Positions 60,973-64,000 of a DNA stretch of 64,000 nt are shown in pieces (position 1 is the first letter of the stretch; each line of letters starts with the position of its first letter). The DNA comes from Marinilabiliales bacterium (GTDB taxonomy: Bacteria; Bacteroidota; Bacteroidia; Bacteroidales; F082): contig CAVZLR010000003.1 of the NCBI GenBank assembly GCA_963776205.1, forward strand, positions 108,366 through 172,365, in the 5' to 3' direction. A program made the translations under genes and the position numbers. Below the pieces are notes generated by a model. That model did not search any database. It was not told the origin of the DNA and saw only the letters and a program-made list of their open reading frames with translations.

Positions 60973-61584
60973 TTATTTCAATTTGTCTAAATTTTGTTCT
61001 AATATTTTTCTGCCTTCATCACTTACAATACCATATGCGTGATATGTAAATGCTTCTCTGAAAAATTCTTTTGACATGAGTTCTTCCAGCCTGAATAATT
61101 TTGAATTTAGCATGCCTTCAACCCTTGTTAGATTTAACCGGGCTATCAATTCTTCATTTATTTCATTTCTGTACAATCCTTCCGCTTTGCCTCGTTTCAA
61201 GTTCATTAAAAGACCATTCAACATTTGCTCACGCTTCCTATCCTGGAATTTGTTAAACAATTCAGGGTAATATTTTTTTAAATCATATAATAGGGATGGC
61301 CTGTGGCTCGTTATCATGCTTAATTGCACCAGCGAATAATTGATAAGTTCTTCAACTGCATTATCCTTTTTATCAAAACACTCCGAAAAATCTTGCTTCT
61401 TCGATTCATAGTCATACTCCATTACATCATGGACCATTTCTGTTTTGTCATTAAAATACTGATAAAGGGTTTTTTTTGAAATGCCTAGTTCTTTTACAAC
61501 ATCATCCATGGTAACGCTTCGGATACCATATTGACGATAAAGTTCCCAAACTTTCTTTACTATTTCTAACTTTTTTTCATTCAT
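60973..61584 (-). CDS. TetR/AcrR family regulator embedded in the efflux operon
   Basis: HTH region YGIRSVTMDDVVKELGISKKTLYQYFNDKTEMV. Confidence 0.85.
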   Translation of the reverse strand: MNEKKLEIVKKVWELYRQYGIRSVTMDDVVKELGISKKTLYQYFNDKTEMVHDVMEYDYESKKQDFSECFDKKDNAVEELINYSLVQLSMITSHRPSLLYDLKKYYPELFNKFQDRKREQMLNGLLMNLKRGKAEGLYRNEINEELIARLNLTRVEGMLNSKLFRLEELMSKEFFREAFTYHAYGIVSDEGRKILEQNLDKLK

Positions 61585-61587
61585 CGT

Positions 61588-62937
61588 TTAGGGAGTAATT
61601 GATTTGGTAAGTAATTTTTCAAGCTCTTCACCAGCCTTCAACAAAGTAAGTGCAGCATTAATATAATCTTGCTCGGCACTAAGAAACTGGTTTTGAGTAT
61701 TTAATATATCCAGGCTTGAAGACAATCCTTCAGAAAATTTGATACTAGTGGTTGTAAATATTTTTTCTGCTACTTTCCGAGCCTTATCCTTGTTCTCATA
61801 TACAGTATATGCATTTAAATATTCGTTTTGCGCTGTTTGAAACTGCAATTTTAGGGTCGTGATCAGCTGATCCTCAAGAACGCCTATCTGGTCATATGCA
61901 ATTTTCGCCTGTTTCACTTTTGCATTTCTTTCACCACTTGACCAAATTGGAACTTGCAAACTAACTCCAAATGCTGAACTTGTGTACCATTTACCATCCG
62001 GACTAAAGAAATCCCACTCATTTCTTTGGGCATTGGTCATCAGGTTGATATTTGCAGCAAGTGTTGGCATATAATTGGTTTTTTCCAGCTTTACCTGCAT
62101 CCATCTAATTTCTTTCTGCTTTGCCAATGATGCATACTCAACATTCTGGTTGTAGTCGAATTGCTGACTTATTATCTCTGAATTCTTTCGCAAGTCAATC
62201 AGTTTATCCATGTTGTCTCTTAAAATTACCGTATCCTGATCAGAAAGACCCAGATAAAATTTTAGGAATGCATGGGTAATGTTTAGTTGATTTTTAATAT
62301 ATACTTTAGAAGCTTGCAGGTCTGCCACCAATAACTCCAATTGGTCAACATCTATATCTTCTAAGAATCCTACCTCGTATGTAATTCTGGTTTCTTCGGC
62401 TAATTTTTGCGTGATGGCCAGGGTTGTATCAATCACCCAAAGCGCCTCTTCAGCAGATAAAACACTATAATAGGAATTCGCTACTTGTTGTTTTACAGCC
62501 ACTTTATCCTTAAAAAAGTCAATTGAAGCCTTGTCCATAAAAATTTTCGCAGTTTGTAATCCAACAATATACTTTCCGCTAAAAAGTAATTGTGATGCAT
62601 AAAGCCCTGCATTCATGTTGTACTTTGTACCAAACTGAATTTCTGTATCTTGCCCGGGCTCTCCGAAAAAATCACCGGGTATCACGCTTGTAGGTAAAGC
62701 AATATTATCAGTGTAATCAACTGATCCGCTAATTTGTGGTAACCCGAATGCTGTGGCTTCCCTCATTTGCTGTTTAGCAGCTTCAATATTCTTCTCTGAA
62801 TAAATTACATCATAATTATTGTCCAGGGCATAGTTGATTGCTTCCTGGAGTGAGAACTGATAAATTTCCTGAGCTCTAACCGCATCATTTAAAAGAAAGA
62901 TAAGCACTGCAAGAATTATATTTTTAAACATTTTCAT
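61588..62937 (-). CDS. TolC-family outer-membrane efflux channel
   Basis: 449 aa with a signal peptide and a two-repeat OEP architecture (LQEAINYALDNNYDV...; ...SAEQDYINA). Confidence 0.85.
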   Translation of the reverse strand: MKMFKNIILAVLIFLLNDAVRAQEIYQFSLQEAINYALDNNYDVIYSEKNIEAAKQQMREATAFGLPQISGSVDYTDNIALPTSVIPGDFFGEPGQDTEIQFGTKYNMNAGLYASQLLFSGKYIVGLQTAKIFMDKASIDFFKDKVAVKQQVANSYYSVLSAEEALWVIDTTLAITQKLAEETRITYEVGFLEDIDVDQLELLVADLQASKVYIKNQLNITHAFLKFYLGLSDQDTVILRDNMDKLIDLRKNSEIISQQFDYNQNVEYASLAKQKEIRWMQVKLEKTNYMPTLAANINLMTNAQRNEWDFFSPDGKWYTSSAFGVSLQVPIWSSGERNAKVKQAKIAYDQIGVLEDQLITTLKLQFQTAQNEYLNAYTVYENKDKARKVAEKIFTTTSIKFSEGLSSSLDILNTQNQFLSAEQDYINAALTLLKAGEELEKLLTKSITP

Positions 62938-63085
62938 ACAATCAATAATTTAGAATTCAAAAACGAGCGGCAAATATATACAATTATAAACTTAGGAAAC
63001 TATTTTAATGTTAATAGTTTCTTAAGTTTTTGTTAATAATTATTAAAATTGGAATGTGACGAAAGTGATGGGTTAATACGACAAA

Positions 63086-63388
63086 CTACCTGCATTTATT
63101 ATTAAAAAGCCTGTCCCAAAGCGATCTTTTTTGACTTTTTTTGATCTTTTTGTTTTCCTTTTTCATATCCTTCATCAGTTGCTTTGAATAATCCGACTGC
63201 CTGTCGTAGTGCGATTTTAGTATATCCTCATGCTCTTTCTTGTCATCCTTTGCAGCTTCCTTTTGTGCTTTATAAGCACTCCTTTGTCCTTTGCTTCCCC
63301 TGCAACTCGAAATTGTGCTTATTGATAACAAGAAAATGGCCAAAATCAGCACACTAAGTAATTTTCTATTTTTGCCAAACATTTGCAT
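63086..63388 (-). CDS. small Lys-rich lipoprotein/membrane-anchored protein, function unknown
   Basis: 100 aa with a signal/anchor sequence containing ISSC, followed by a highly charged K/E/D-rich region. Confidence 0.4.
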   Translation of the reverse strand: MQMFGKNRKLLSVLILAIFLLSISTISSCRGSKGQRSAYKAQKEAAKDDKKEHEDILKSHYDRQSDYSKQLMKDMKKENKKIKKSQKRSLWDRLFNNKCR

Positions 63389-63481
63389 GTAACAACAAAA
63401 GTAAAAGGATGCATTTAAATATTACTTCTTATAACAAAATATTGTTGAATTAATTGCGTTTTTGATCAAATTCCAAATTCG

Positions 63482-63964
63482 ATGAAACGAACCATCATTC
63501 ATTTATCTTCAACAGCTTTAATTATTGCTTTAAGCTTGATGGTATCGTGCAATAAGAATAGCATAAATCCAAATATTCCCAATGTTTCTATTCACATAAC
63601 CATTAATCCGAATTCAACACAATTTCTTGAAATAAATACGGTAAGCGGTTGGTTATATCTGGAAGAGAAACCTGGAGTTTATGTGCCACCTGGTAGCAGG
63701 GGTATTATTGTTTACAGGGCTGATATTGATAAATTTAAAGCCTATGAAAGACAACCACCGAACGAACCTTTCCTATGTTGCAATGCAGATATGACGGTAT
63801 GTGGCAAACTAGTTGTCGGAGATTATTTCCCAACGGTGAAAGATACCTGTAATGATAACAGTTATTTCATATTCGATGGCACTTTATACGAGGGAGAAGG
63901 ACAATATTCTCTAATAGAGTATGCAGCTGAATATGATGGTGCCTTATTACATATCCATAATTAA
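63482..63964 (+). CDS. lipoprotein of unknown function
   Basis: Lipobox LMVSC. 160 aa with several Cys residues (CCNADMTVCGK...DTC). I cannot make a confident family assignment. Confidence 0.5.
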   Translation: MKRTIIHLSSTALIIALSLMVSCNKNSINPNIPNVSIHITINPNSTQFLEINTVSGWLYLEEKPGVYVPPGSRGIIVYRADIDKFKAYERQPPNEPFLCCNADMTVCGKLVVGDYFPTVKDTCNDNSYFIFDGTLYEGEGQYSLIEYAAEYDGALLHIHN

Positions 63965-63971
63965 TAAAAAA

Positions 63972-63993
63972 AAGCGCTGCCCATCGGCAGCGC
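63972..63993 (-). terminator. GC-rich hairpin (AGCGCTGCC-CATC-GGCAGCGCT) with a U-tract only on the minus strand
   Basis: The A8 run upstream on the plus strand becomes a U-run after the hairpin on the minus strand. It probably terminates a minus-strand gene lying beyond the right edge of the window. Confidence 0.4.
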
Positions 63994-64000
63994 TCCAATA

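Overview
AT-rich chromosomal segment that looks like Bacteroidota. The evidence is seven proteins ending in T9SS (type IX secretion) C-terminal sorting domains, a CarboxypepD_reg/TonB-dependent barrel, a PorV/PorQ-like barrel, and Bacteroidetes-type promoters (TTTG ... TAnnTTTG). About 45 real genes are packed on both strands. Core metabolism includes mutA/mutB methylmalonyl-CoA mutase, pfkA, purF, greA, a HIT protein, adenosine kinase and an EF-G paralog. Transporters include a DAACS symporter, YfcC and a TolC-TetR-MFP-RND efflux operon. There is also a small redox/detox cluster, one tRNA-Asn, and many secreted proteins. I found no rRNA, CRISPR array, transposase, integrase or phage genes. 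Items worth follow-up: (1) A tight operon at 17.3-26.6 kb encodes a 1235-aa TonB-dependent-like barrel, a 1448-aa T9SS cargo with no recognisable catalytic domain, and a dedicated PorV/PorQ-like barrel. (2) The block after tRNA-Asn (27.4-34.5 kb) holds a T9SS-secreted PAD/agmatine-deiminase-family enzyme. It is flanked by two divergent paralogs of an odd four-part protein, and one of these ends in an RGG-rich tail terminating in Arg-Arg. (3) The greA leader contains an intrinsic-terminator-like hairpin, downstream of a promoter that shares 13 nt with the tRNA-Asn promoter. (4) A decayed relic of a GT39-like gene lies 2 kb from its intact paralog. (5) Four otherwise intact genes are split by 1-nt shifts at short homopolymers, which suggests assembly indel errors rather than gene decay. 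Family names come from motif recognition by eye, because no database search could be run. Most short antisense ORFs in the supplied track are judged spurious.
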